From NCBI GenBank assembly GCA_945889325.1, contig CAMDBH010000002.1, positions 39,242 to 103,241 of the forward strand: 64,000 bases of DNA, in the 5' to 3' direction. This DNA is from Klebsiella pneumoniae (GTDB lineage: Bacteria; Myxococcota_A; UBA9042). The position numbers were made by a program, and so were the translations under genes. The notes beneath the pieces were generated by a model. The model had not been told where the DNA came from. It saw only the letters and a list, made by a program, of their open reading frames with translations, and made no database searches. This document shows, in pieces, positions 46,928 to 56,248 of this stretch; within the stretch, counting starts at the first letter, position 1, and every line of letters starts with the position of its first letter.

Positions 46928-49900
46928 CTATTTGCAAGGCTCTGTTACCTGAATGTCATCGAGGTAAATGCCGCTGTATTTGTCATTGCCTTTGGCGTCA
47001 AACGAATCAAAAGAAAAGGTTATCTGGATCGTCTGGCCTTTGTACTTGGTCAAATCGAGCTTGTACGACTTCTTGACCTTGAAATCACCGGCCTTCATGT
47101 CTTTTTCCTTGTTGTCCTGCGTGCTTTTGGCGAAGATGACTTCTTTGCCGGCCGCCGTGGCAACCGTGATGTGAAAGTCCTCAAACAGCGGTTCGATGTC
47201 GATCCAAGCGTCAAATTGCAACCAGGCGCTTTTCTTCACGTCAGCCGAAAGCAAGATGTTGTTGGCGATCAAGGTACCGGCCACGCTTTTGCCGGGGTCG
47301 TCGTAATTGGTCTGCGCCGCATTGCCAAAATAGGCTTCATGGCCGCCGTTCAGGTATTTGTGCAATACGATCTGCCACTTGACCGCACCGGAAATCGGGG
47401 ATGCGGTCCAACTGACAAATTTGCTGGCCTCAAAAGTCTCCGACGGCAAGGCGTTGCCAGGTACACAGCAGGTCGGTCCGGGCGTTGCAGCCTCGTTGCA
47501 TTTGAACGTTTTTGGCTCAGAGAAGCTGCAGAAATACTTCTTACACACGTCCGGATTGACCGGCGCACATTTCGCGTCCTCAAGGCATTCGATCGGGCTG
47601 CAGAGAGTTTGCACGAGCAACTTGTCGACGTATGCGCCCTCAAAGTTGTTGTTGGTGTCGGTGCCGGCGTCGAACTCGAATTGCAGTTTGACGGTTTTGC
47701 CTTTCAGGCTGTCGGGTACGGCGACGACTACAGACTGGTATTTGCCGTTGGTGCTGCCGCCGATGCCATACGAAGACCAAGTCCAAACAGAATTTGTCTT
47801 GTCGTTGCTATCGGCCGGATTGTAAAAGCCGACGCGCATGCGATCGATCACCAGCCCAAGGGGCGGCAAATTGAACACGGTCGGATCGTTCCACTCTGTC
47901 GACAGTTTCAATTGAAAAGTCAGCACTGTCGTGCCGTTGGCCGGAATTGCAACGTTGCCGCTGCGCACGATCGCGCCTGGAACGGTGGTGCCGGCATTGT
48001 AGGTGCCGTCCTTGCCGAAGTTGAGCGAATAGGTGCCCTCGTTGGAGCTAAGCGCCGTCGCGTTCCATGTGATCGTGGCGTTGTACGGTTTGCCCACGCC
48101 GCCTTGCGCGTTGCCCTTGAGCGTGGTGGCGACCCAGCCTTCTGGCAATTTGCCCCCGTTTTCAAAGTTTTCAGCCGCCACCGATGGGTTGTCCGAGCAG
48201 CATTTGGGGTCCGTCAGCGTGTGCGTGCAAGACTGGGCGGCAGCATCGCATTTGTCGGTCGTGCAGCTGCTGCCGTCGTCGCAACCGGCGTCGTTGAGGC
48301 AGCAATCTTTTTTCGGCGTCCAAAAGCATTTCTTGTCGGCCGTGCAACCGGCAACCTGACAAGGTTTTGCGGGGCCGCAATCGTTGTCGGGACTTGGATC
48401 TTCGCACACGATGCCGCTACAAGCGACATCGACTTTGAAGTCGTCGATCGCGACACCCTTGTTGGTGTTGGCGTTGGCGTCGCCCGCATCAAATGCGAAG
48501 CAAACTTGGACCTTTTTGCCAGCGTATTTGTCCAAGTTCACTTTGATGGAGGTAAATTTGCCTTCGGTGGTGCCCTTGATCGCGTCTGAGGACCAGATCG
48601 TGTCGGTATTGAAGCCGCTGACCTTCAAATACACGCGCAACTCGTCGAGTTTTGGCATGTATCCGCACTTGCCCTTGTAGCAGTCCTCGCCGGGGTTGCA
48701 GTCTTTGGCGGCGGTGGCGATCGTGCATGCTTTGGCGCTGCCCGGCGGATTGACGTACTTGCTCGGATCCTGACCCGACCATTCCGTGGCCATATTCACC
48801 TGAAATTGCAGCAGGTTGTACAGCGTACCGACGCTCAACTGCACTTCTTGGCTGCAAACAGTCTCGGCCGGACCTTTGGTTTTCGGCAAAACCAAGGGAT
48901 CGTCGTAGCTGGTGCCCGACGCGTTGCCGAAGTAGAGCGCGCCGCTGCCTTTGGTGCCGCCCGATGCCGAGGCGTGCCACTGCACTGCTTTGGAATTAGA
49001 GTCAAAATGCGTCCATGAAGAAATGCCGGCGTCAAAAGTGTCGCTGGCGGCATTTTTGGCGGTGCAGCACGTCGGATTCTTGTCGTCCGGCACGTTGGTG
49101 CAGGCGCCTTTTTCAGCGCCTACGATGTTGCATTGGTCAACTGTGCAGTCGTTGTTGTCGTTGCAGTCGGGGCTGGCCAAGCAGCACCCCGGCTCCTTGT
49201 CGAAAAAGCACACGCCCTTGCCGGACAAGTTGTCGTAAAATGTACAGGAGTCCGGCGTGCAGCTGCTGGCGTCGGCCTTGCACGGCGTCGCGGCGTCGCA
49301 TTGTTGGAAACCGGCAGATTCCGGCTTGTCCGGTTCGGCAATGCACAGCGATTCCAGAGAGATGTCGTCGATGTACACGCCTTCATAGTTGTTCTTGGCG
49401 CCATTGTTGGTGTCAAAAATCCACTGGAATTTGAAGCTGTTGCCAAAGCCTGCCAAATTCACGATGTGGTGCTGCCAGCCGCCGGTCGATTTGCCAATCA
49501 CAATCGAGTCCCAAGCGACCTTGTCGTTGACCTTGAGCGTCAACAGATCTTTTTCCTTCACGCAGGCCATGCCGGCCTTTTGCTCGCTAAGGTCCAAACA
49601 ACTTTCACCTTGCTTGCAGCCCACGCAGCCGACGCCGACCTTCAAACCGCTGGCAACGAAAGTCGGCTCAGCCGCGACCCACAGCCAGTAATGCAAAATG
49701 AATTGCTTATTTTCGGAACCGGCCGGTACGTTGATCGAGGGTGAATCCAAGGTCGCGAAAATCGTCGCGCCCTGGCCGCCGCTGATGCATTGATTGGCAC
49801 CGACGGACGACGAATCGTAATTGTAGCATTCGTTACCCAAGTACATGGAAGTTTTGCCGTTGTGTGCGCGCTTGTTTTCCAAATGCCAACTGATGTTGGT

Positions 49901-50473
49901 GCCGGCCGGATTGACCTTGCCGGCAAAATTCTCCATAGAATTCTGCTCAAAACCCAAGTTGAGCAAGGTGACCTGACCGGGGCACGCGCCGACGATCGGT
50001 GCGTATTCGCAAGCGCCTTTGGCGACATCGCAACTGTTGGTGGTCAATGGATTCTTGTCATCGCAATCCTTGTTTTCACAGCATTTGTCCGGGTTTTTTT
50101 CCAGAACGCACTGTTTGTCCGCGTTGCAAGTGGCTGTTTCGCAGATCTTGGGTGAAAGTTTGGCGATGCAAAACGCGTTATCGGGGCATACGTCGTTGGG
50201 GCCAGTATCCTTTGGCACATCAGGGATTTTGGCGTCGTCCTTGGTTTCGATGGCGGGGCCGGTGTCAGTGGTCGCAGGCCCGCTATCGACGCCGGTGTCG
50301 TCGGTGTTGTTGACTTGTGTGTCGACGGCATCGCCTTCCGTGTCCCCGGCCGGCGCCGGGGCCGGCTCCACCGGCGTGCTGCAGCTAGCGCAACTCAACG
50401 CGGCGGCACTGGCCGCGATGGCCAAAAAATTGCAAAATAATTCATTTTTTTGATAGATTGAGCGCGACATCAT
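46928..50473 (-). CDS. giant lipoprotein paralog 1 (1181 aa): Dictyostelium-type CTDC cysteine-knot repeats alternating with MAM-like domains
   Basis: Lipobox (ALSCASC). Knots CC…DCDDKNPLTTNSC…, DCNDNNDCTVDQC…, GCDDGSSCTTDKC… Domain ends such as VYIDDISLESLC / AYVDKLLVQTLC / IYLDDIQVTEPC (MAM-like). Confidence 0.75.
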   Translation of the reverse strand: MMSRSIYQKNELFCNFLAIAASAAALSCASCSTPVEPAPAPAGDTEGDAVDTQVNNTDDTGVDSGPATTDTGPAIETKDDAKIPDVPKDTGPNDVCPDNAFCIAKLSPKICETATCNADKQCVLEKNPDKCCENKDCDDKNPLTTNSCDVAKGACEYAPIVGACPGQVTLLNLGFEQNSMENFAGKVNPAGTNISWHLENKRAHNGKTSMYLGNECYNYDSSSVGANQCISGGQGATIFATLDSPSINVPAGSENKQFILHYWLWVAAEPTFVASGLKVGVGCVGCKQGESCLDLSEQKAGMACVKEKDLLTLKVNDKVAWDSIVIGKSTGGWQHHIVNLAGFGNSFKFQWIFDTNNGAKNNYEGVYIDDISLESLCIAEPDKPESAGFQQCDAATPCKADASSCTPDSCTFYDNLSGKGVCFFDKEPGCCLASPDCNDNNDCTVDQCNIVGAEKGACTNVPDDKNPTCCTAKNAASDTFDAGISSWTHFDSNSKAVQWHASASGGTKGSGALYFGNASGTSYDDPLVLPKTKGPAETVCSQEVQLSVGTLYNLLQFQVNMATEWSGQDPSKYVNPPGSAKACTIATAAKDCNPGEDCYKGKCGYMPKLDELRVYLKVSGFNTDTIWSSDAIKGTTEGKFTSIKVNLDKYAGKKVQVCFAFDAGDANANTNKGVAIDDFKVDVACSGIVCEDPSPDNDCGPAKPCQVAGCTADKKCFWTPKKDCCLNDAGCDDGSSCTTDKCDAAAQSCTHTLTDPKCCSDNPSVAAENFENGGKLPEGWVATTLKGNAQGGVGKPYNATITWNATALSSNEGTYSLNFGKDGTYNAGTTVPGAIVRSGNVAIPANGTTVLTFQLKLSTEWNDPTVFNLPPLGLVIDRMRVGFYNPADSNDKTNSVWTWSSYGIGGSTNGKYQSVVVAVPDSLKGKTVKLQFEFDAGTDTNNNFEGAYVDKLLVQTLCSPIECLEDAKCAPVNPDVCKKYFCSFSEPKTFKCNEAATPGPTCCVPGNALPSETFEASKFVSWTASPISGAVKWQIVLHKYLNGGHEAYFGNAAQTNYDDPGKSVAGTLIANNILLSADVKKSAWLQFDAWIDIEPLFEDFHITVATAAGKEVIFAKSTQDNKEKDMKAGDFKVKKSYKLDLTKYKGQTIQITFSFDSFDAKGNDKYSGIYLDDIQVTEPCK

Positions 50474-50684
50474 TCCCCCTGACCAAAAGTCGAAACAGCC
50501 CGTTGCAGGCGTTTGGTTCAAACCATTCAACGCGCTCCCGCGCCGCTCAAGCGCCACTCCCATGGCGTTCAGACGGCGCCCCCGGGGCGCACCCTTTAAG
50601 TCTAACCCTGTCACAGCGAGGATGCAATTGTATAAGCCGCATAAATGTTCGCTGAATCGCAGCGCCAAAGGACCGCGGGCAGCG

Positions 50685-52997
50685 TTAAGGCGGGCAACCT
50701 TCCGCGCCGCTAAGCACGTAAAAACACTTGCCATTTGCGGCGCAAGTGTCGGTCGTGCACACGTCTTTGTCGTCGCAATCGCTGTCGACGGCACAGCAAG
50801 CCGGTATCTTGCCGCAGGCACAAGCGTTGTCCAAACACACGGGCGCCTCACAGGCACCGCAGACCTCGGCCTTGCACAAATCGATGCAAGCACAGCCGGT
50901 TGCGGTGCACTGCGGCGTTTGGCACGGGCCGCAGTTCAGATTTTTGCATTCGCCGTCCAAATAACAAGGCTTTTTGCTGCAGGCGATTTTGACGACAAAG
51001 TTGTCGACGATCGGGCCCAATTTGTCATTGACCTCGCCGTCGCCCGCGTCAAAGCTCAAGCAAACTTGAACGGTTTTGCCTTTCCAAGTATCCAAACTGA
51101 CCACAATGGGCATCCACGCCCCTTCGGTGGTGCCGGAAATGACGTCGCTGCTCCAAGCTTCATGAAAAGCGTTTTCAAAATAGACCTGTACAGCAAAATA
51201 GTCGAACTTGTTCTTGCCGACCAAAGGCGGATTCTTGTAATTGGCGGGCAACATGCCGGTCCATTCGGTTTCCAAAAACAGGTCAAATTGCACTAAGTTG
51301 AACAGAGTCCCTTCTTTGAGCTTGAGCTGAGGCGTGCACAAGGTGCCTTTGGGGCCAACTTCTTTGCCCAACGCAGCATCGTCGTATTTGCCAAAAGTTT
51401 CATCAGAAAATTGCAGCGCTTGCGAAGGCGGCGTCTCCGGCCCTCCCTTTGGATGCAAACGCCATTTGACCACGCCGCTGTTGCTGCCCAGCGCCGTCCA
51501 CAAATCGATGGCTGCGCCCTCAAAATCGTTGTTTTCCAGAATTTCTGACTTGCAGCACGCGGGTTTGGAGGCATCGGGCGTTTGGTTGCATTGGCCAGCC
51601 GTGCAGGTGTCGATTGTGCAGGCGATGCCGTCGTCACATTCCGAATTCAGCGTGCAACAGCCCGGTTTCTTATCAAAAAAGCACACGCCGCCGTTGGAAT
51701 TCTGGTATTGCGTGCACACGTCGGCGCTGCAGCCGTTGTTGTCGTCTGGGCACGGCGTTTGATCGTCGCAGACTGTGCCGGCCGTGGCGCAAATGGTTTC
51801 TACAACCACGTCGTCGAGATACACACCTTCGTAGGCATTTTTCAAGCCCGTTCCCGTACTAAAAAGCCATTGTAATTTGATGGTTTGTCCCGAATAGGCC
51901 GACAAATCGATGGCCATATGCTGCCACGCGTTCTTGGTCGTCTTGCCGATTTGCGTCGAATAAAACACCGCTTTGGCCGGCTGATTTGCCGTAAGCACCT
52001 GCAGCGACAACACATCTTTTTCAGGCAAGCATTGCGACGTGCCGTTGATGTTGACGCAGGCGCTAATCGCGTTGCACGGGGTTTTGCACACGCCCTTGGG
52101 CAAGGTGTCGGCATAAGGCGGCTCAGCGTCAAGGAAAAGCCAAAAGTGCAGTTCAGCCTTCTTGTCCTTGGGCAGTGCGTAGTCGGCCGTCGTCAACTGG
52201 GTGGACACCGCCATGGCGTCCTTGCTGGATTTGCAGCCGTTGTCGGGCGACATTGAATTGTCATAGGTATGACAGGCATTGCCAAAATACAGTGAAGTTT
52301 TGCCGCCATGTGCGCGGTACGTACTCGCCTGCCAGTGCACGCCCAAGTTGGTCGGCCCTTCGAGCGGTGTGAGCGACTCAAGGGTCCCGTCTTCAAAACC
52401 TGCTTTAGAAAACGTAACTTTGCCGCTGCAACAGTTGACCAGCGGCGTGTTGATGCACAAATGGCTGATGTTGTCGCATTTGTCGGTCGTGCATTCCTTG
52501 ATGTCGTCGCAATCGGCATCGCTGCAACAAGCGTCGGGTTTGGGCACCGCTTTGCAAACACCTTTGTCACAAGCTGCTTGTTGGCAGGGCGTCAATACCA
52601 ATTGATCCACGCAAGTTGTGGCGGTGACGCATTTGCCGATGTCCAACGGCTGTACTTCAAGACCGACGTCCTTGACGGCGTCGACTGGCACGACAATGTC
52701 GATGACATCCTTAACGGTTGTATCCAGTGTTTCGACCGCTTTGCTGTCTTGTTCGTCCGGCTGATCGGTGTCCTCTGACGGCAATTCCTCGTCGGTTGCG
52801 TCGCTATCGTCCTCTACGTCGGCCAAATCTGTACCGTCATCAATGACTTCGGCCGGCGGCGGCGTTTCCGCCGCTGGACTGCAGGCCAACATCAAAGTCC
52901 ACGAAAATAGGAAAATGGCCAACAGCGCCCAGCGCGGCGCTGGATTCACAGCTGACAGCATGGCACACAATCCCGTGTATTTCTTCATTAATCGCAC
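50685..52997 (-). CDS. giant lipoprotein paralog 2 (770 aa): CTDC cysteine-knot repeats plus MAM-like domains
   Basis: Lipobox (TLMLACS). DCDDIKECTTDKC, ECDDGIACTIDTC, DCDDKDVCTTDTC; YLDDVVVETIC. Start overlaps the stop of paralog 3 by 10 nt. Confidence 0.75.
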   Translation of the reverse strand: MRLMKKYTGLCAMLSAVNPAPRWALLAIFLFSWTLMLACSPAAETPPPAEVIDDGTDLADVEDDSDATDEELPSEDTDQPDEQDSKAVETLDTTVKDVIDIVVPVDAVKDVGLEVQPLDIGKCVTATTCVDQLVLTPCQQAACDKGVCKAVPKPDACCSDADCDDIKECTTDKCDNISHLCINTPLVNCCSGKVTFSKAGFEDGTLESLTPLEGPTNLGVHWQASTYRAHGGKTSLYFGNACHTYDNSMSPDNGCKSSKDAMAVSTQLTTADYALPKDKKAELHFWLFLDAEPPYADTLPKGVCKTPCNAISACVNINGTSQCLPEKDVLSLQVLTANQPAKAVFYSTQIGKTTKNAWQHMAIDLSAYSGQTIKLQWLFSTGTGLKNAYEGVYLDDVVVETICATAGTVCDDQTPCPDDNNGCSADVCTQYQNSNGGVCFFDKKPGCCTLNSECDDGIACTIDTCTAGQCNQTPDASKPACCKSEILENNDFEGAAIDLWTALGSNSGVVKWRLHPKGGPETPPSQALQFSDETFGKYDDAALGKEVGPKGTLCTPQLKLKEGTLFNLVQFDLFLETEWTGMLPANYKNPPLVGKNKFDYFAVQVYFENAFHEAWSSDVISGTTEGAWMPIVVSLDTWKGKTVQVCLSFDAGDGEVNDKLGPIVDNFVVKIACSKKPCYLDGECKNLNCGPCQTPQCTATGCACIDLCKAEVCGACEAPVCLDNACACGKIPACCAVDSDCDDKDVCTTDTCAANGKCFYVLSGAEGCPP

Positions 52998-55900
52998 TTG
53001 TTGAGTACCTTGACGTCGTCCACGAATACACCCTTGGTTCCGTTGGCGATGCTGTCACCCGTATTGAAGAGGAACTCGATCTGAATTTCTTTGTCTTTAT
53101 AGGGACTCAAGTCGAATTTCATTTCTTGCCAGTTGTTCATTTGGAACCCAGCGCTGGATTTTTTCCACAGCTGCGCCTTGCCGCCATTGGCGATAATTGA
53201 AACGGTCAGGTCGTCGTACGTGCCGCCTTCGGTGTCCATGTACAAATAAAATTGCAGGGTTGCGACGGTTGTGCTCGGCAACGTCAATTTGCCCCAAGTG
53301 GCGGTACCGTTGCTGGCACCAAAGTCATAATTTCCCGCACCGGGATCGCCGTAATACAGCGCGCCCGGCGGCGTTTTGCTCTCACTGGCGCTGCCCCACA
53401 ACTGCCAGCCCTTGGCCGCGCCGGCGCTGTTGCTGAAAACAAAGCCTTTTGGGTCGCCCTTGTCAAAGTCGTTGCTGTACAACTCTGCGGTGCAACAGCC
53501 GGGCGCACCTGTGCTTTTGTGCACGCAGGCCTTGTTCACGCAGGTGTCGATGCTGCATTTCACTTCGCCGTCGTCGCAATCTTTGTCGGCCGCGCAGCAA
53601 GTGTTGGCGTTGCTGCAGACGTTTTTGCTGCAAGTGTCTACGGTGCAAGCGTTTTTGTCGTCGCACTGGGCCGAACTCAAGCAACAGCCGCCAATCGGGC
53701 TGAACACGCATTTGCCGCCTGGTCCTGAACAAGTATCGATGGTGCAAGCATTATTGTCGTTGCAATCGCCATTGCCCATGCAGCAACCGACAATGGGTGA
53801 GAAGGGGCAAAATCCGTTGCTGCAAGCATCCGAAGTGCACAAGTTGCCGTCGCTGCAATCAGCCGCCGTTTTGCAGCAGTTGTTTGGGTAGACGCAAAGG
53901 CCGTCGCTACAGACAGTTGCCGTGCATTTGACGTTGTAGCCGGGGTTGCAGTTGATCGTCGGCGAACATTTTTTGGCTTGGCAAGAACTGCTCACGATCA
54001 CGTCGTCCAAATAAATCTGCGTGTTGGTCACGTTGCCGTTAAAAGCTAGTGTCACTTCAAAGAAAACCTGAATCGCCTTACCGGCCAGCGGCGACAGATC
54101 GATGGAGCTCGCGACCCAATTGTTGACCAAGACGTTGGAATTTTTGGTCGCCGTCAGGTTGAGCTGCGCGCCGTCGATAACCGTGTAAATTCGGACGTTT
54201 AAAGCAGCATTTGGCGTCACCGCCTGCAACTGAAACGTCAATGTCGCGTCTTTGCCGGACATCAAATTGAAAAAACCAGTCGCGGCCGTGGCCACAAATT
54301 TGGGCGAATTGGACACCGAATAACTTTCCAACTTGGCATGGCCAAACGCTAAAACCCCAATGTCGCCGTTCTGCCCCTTGACTGCTTTGTAGTGCCAGCC
54401 CACGCCCGGATCGGCGTTGGTGCTGGTCAGGGTAAACCCTTCGTCGCTGCCGCCAAACGTCGCGCTCATCGGTGTGGGCGAACAGCAGCCGGGTGAGGAC
54501 GACGAAGTGTAAACGCATTTGCCTTTGCTGCAGGCGTCTTTGGTGCAAGGGTTGAAGTCGTCGCAATCGCCGTCGCCGCTGCAGCAGCTGTTGTTGAAGC
54601 TACAAGCGCCGTCATTGCAGCTGCCAATCATGCATGGATCCGATGACTTGCATTCCGCATCGCCCTTGCAGCAGGTGTTGCCGTGCAGGCATTGGCCGCC
54701 GGGTTTGGGGCAAACATCGGCTGTGCAAGGGTTTTTGTCGTCGCAGTCGGTTTCCGACAGGCAGCAGTCCGGTTTGTTGGAATGCACGCACGCGCCACCG
54801 GCAACTGGGCATAAGTCCAATGTGCAAGCTTGCTTATCGTCACAATCCGCCGCTGACGCGCAGCAATCCGCTTTGAGCTTGTGGCTGCAAACGGGCAAAC
54901 CGGCAGGCGCTGCGGCGCAGGAATCTGTGGAACAGGCATTGCCGTCGTCGCAATCGCTCACATCGCCGCAACACCCGGAAGACACGGACACATCGTCGAT
55001 GTAAGCGCCTTCAAACGAGTTGGCCACCGCGTCCTTGCTGTCAAAGGCGAACAAAAGTTGAACTGATTTGCCGGCATACGCAGCGGCGTCGACTTCCACG
55101 TGTTGCCAAACGCCGTGGGTGCTGCCTTTGATCGTGCCGCTGGACCAGATTTCCTTGCTCGCCGCGCCGTCGACCACCGTGAGGGTAAGCACGTCTTGAT
55201 CGGGTGTTTCTTCGGTGTCCAACCAGAGCCAAAACGCGATATGCGGCAACACGCCGACATTGCTTGGCACTGCGAGTGGCGGCAAAGTCGCCGTCGCCGC
55301 GACTTTCTTGTTGTTGAAATAGTTGTGGGTCAGCGGATCGCCAAAATACAAGCTTTTGCCGCCGGAGATGTTGCGCGCGCCGTCAAAATTCCAACTGATG
55401 CCGGACTTGTAGACGTCGACAATCGCCACCCCGTCAGCCGTGCTGTCCAGGCCGATAATCCCAGTAACACTGCTGAGTTTGGTCTGCGCGACGTTGGGCA
55501 GGCAGGCCAGACAGCTGTACTTGTCACTGCTGCCGCCGGCTGGGAAGCAGCCAACTTGATCCGCACCCAAATCGACCGCACACACGTTGGCTTTGGCGGT
55601 CCAACTGCATTTTCCTTGATCACAGGTGCCGGTAGCGCACGGAATTTTGCAGTCAGCGGAAACCTTGCACAACGAACTGTGGACGGTTTTGCTTATAGGT
55701 CCGGTGTCTTGCACGATATCTGGGCTATCGATTGGCGTGTCCGGTGGTGTTGCGACGTCTTCTGGTGCATCTTCCGGCGCCACATCGGGCGGCGCGGCGT
55801 CGACCGCGCTGTCTGCCAAGATGTCGCTAAGCGAGTCTGCTGGGGTGTCGGCCACTTCTTGGACGCCCGTATCGCTGACTTTACTGTCTTTTTCTGAATC

Positions 55901-56044
55901 GGCCGCTGGGATGTCCGTGGCGACAGCGTCGTCGGGCGCTTGGGTCACTTCGGCGGTGCCACAGCCGCAAACGCTCAGGCAGGATAGTGCCAGTGCAATC
56001 ACAAGGTTCTGCTGATTGACCCAAGACAAGGGGCGCATCTTCAT
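52988..56044 (-). CDS. giant lipoprotein paralog 3 (1018 aa): 10 CTDC cysteine-knot repeats plus MAM-like domains
   Basis: Lipobox (LSCLSVCGC). DCDDGNACSTDSC, DCDDKQACTLDLC, DCDDKNPCTADVC, DCDDFNPCTKDAC, CSDGNLCTSDAC, DCNDNNACTIDTC, QCDDKNACTVDTC…; AYIDDVSVSSGC, VFVDDVKVLNKC. Confidence 0.75.
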   Translation of the reverse strand: MKMRPLSWVNQQNLVIALALSCLSVCGCGTAEVTQAPDDAVATDIPAADSEKDSKVSDTGVQEVADTPADSLSDILADSAVDAAPPDVAPEDAPEDVATPPDTPIDSPDIVQDTGPISKTVHSSLCKVSADCKIPCATGTCDQGKCSWTAKANVCAVDLGADQVGCFPAGGSSDKYSCLACLPNVAQTKLSSVTGIIGLDSTADGVAIVDVYKSGISWNFDGARNISGGKSLYFGDPLTHNYFNNKKVAATATLPPLAVPSNVGVLPHIAFWLWLDTEETPDQDVLTLTVVDGAASKEIWSSGTIKGSTHGVWQHVEVDAAAYAGKSVQLLFAFDSKDAVANSFEGAYIDDVSVSSGCCGDVSDCDDGNACSTDSCAAAPAGLPVCSHKLKADCCASAADCDDKQACTLDLCPVAGGACVHSNKPDCCLSETDCDDKNPCTADVCPKPGGQCLHGNTCCKGDAECKSSDPCMIGSCNDGACSFNNSCCSGDGDCDDFNPCTKDACSKGKCVYTSSSSPGCCSPTPMSATFGGSDEGFTLTSTNADPGVGWHYKAVKGQNGDIGVLAFGHAKLESYSVSNSPKFVATAATGFFNLMSGKDATLTFQLQAVTPNAALNVRIYTVIDGAQLNLTATKNSNVLVNNWVASSIDLSPLAGKAIQVFFEVTLAFNGNVTNTQIYLDDVIVSSSCQAKKCSPTINCNPGYNVKCTATVCSDGLCVYPNNCCKTAADCSDGNLCTSDACSNGFCPFSPIVGCCMGNGDCNDNNACTIDTCSGPGGKCVFSPIGGCCLSSAQCDDKNACTVDTCSKNVCSNANTCCAADKDCDDGEVKCSIDTCVNKACVHKSTGAPGCCTAELYSNDFDKGDPKGFVFSNSAGAAKGWQLWGSASESKTPPGALYYGDPGAGNYDFGASNGTATWGKLTLPSTTVATLQFYLYMDTEGGTYDDLTVSIIANGGKAQLWKKSSAGFQMNNWQEMKFDLSPYKDKEIQIEFLFNTGDSIANGTKGVFVDDVKVLNKCD

Positions 56045-56248
56045 CACTCCAAAGCAACAAGACACAACTGGGAACTTTTGGCTCCGCGCCCATGCGAGGT
56101 CAAGCCCAAGCTACGGTTCACCCCCACCGCCACGCGCTTTCAAGCGCAGCCGGACGCTGCACTGTAGCATGCCAGCGCCCCGTGTATCAAATCGGCGGAC
56201 GGCCGCAAATATGGGCGCGAGGTATGCCGATCGCCGGCCCGCAACCTT

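Noticed and set aside
47171-48589. 472-aa plus-strand ORF antisense to giant lipoprotein paralog 1
   Set aside because: Shadow ORF. The minus-strand frame carries conserved CTDC/MAM repeats.
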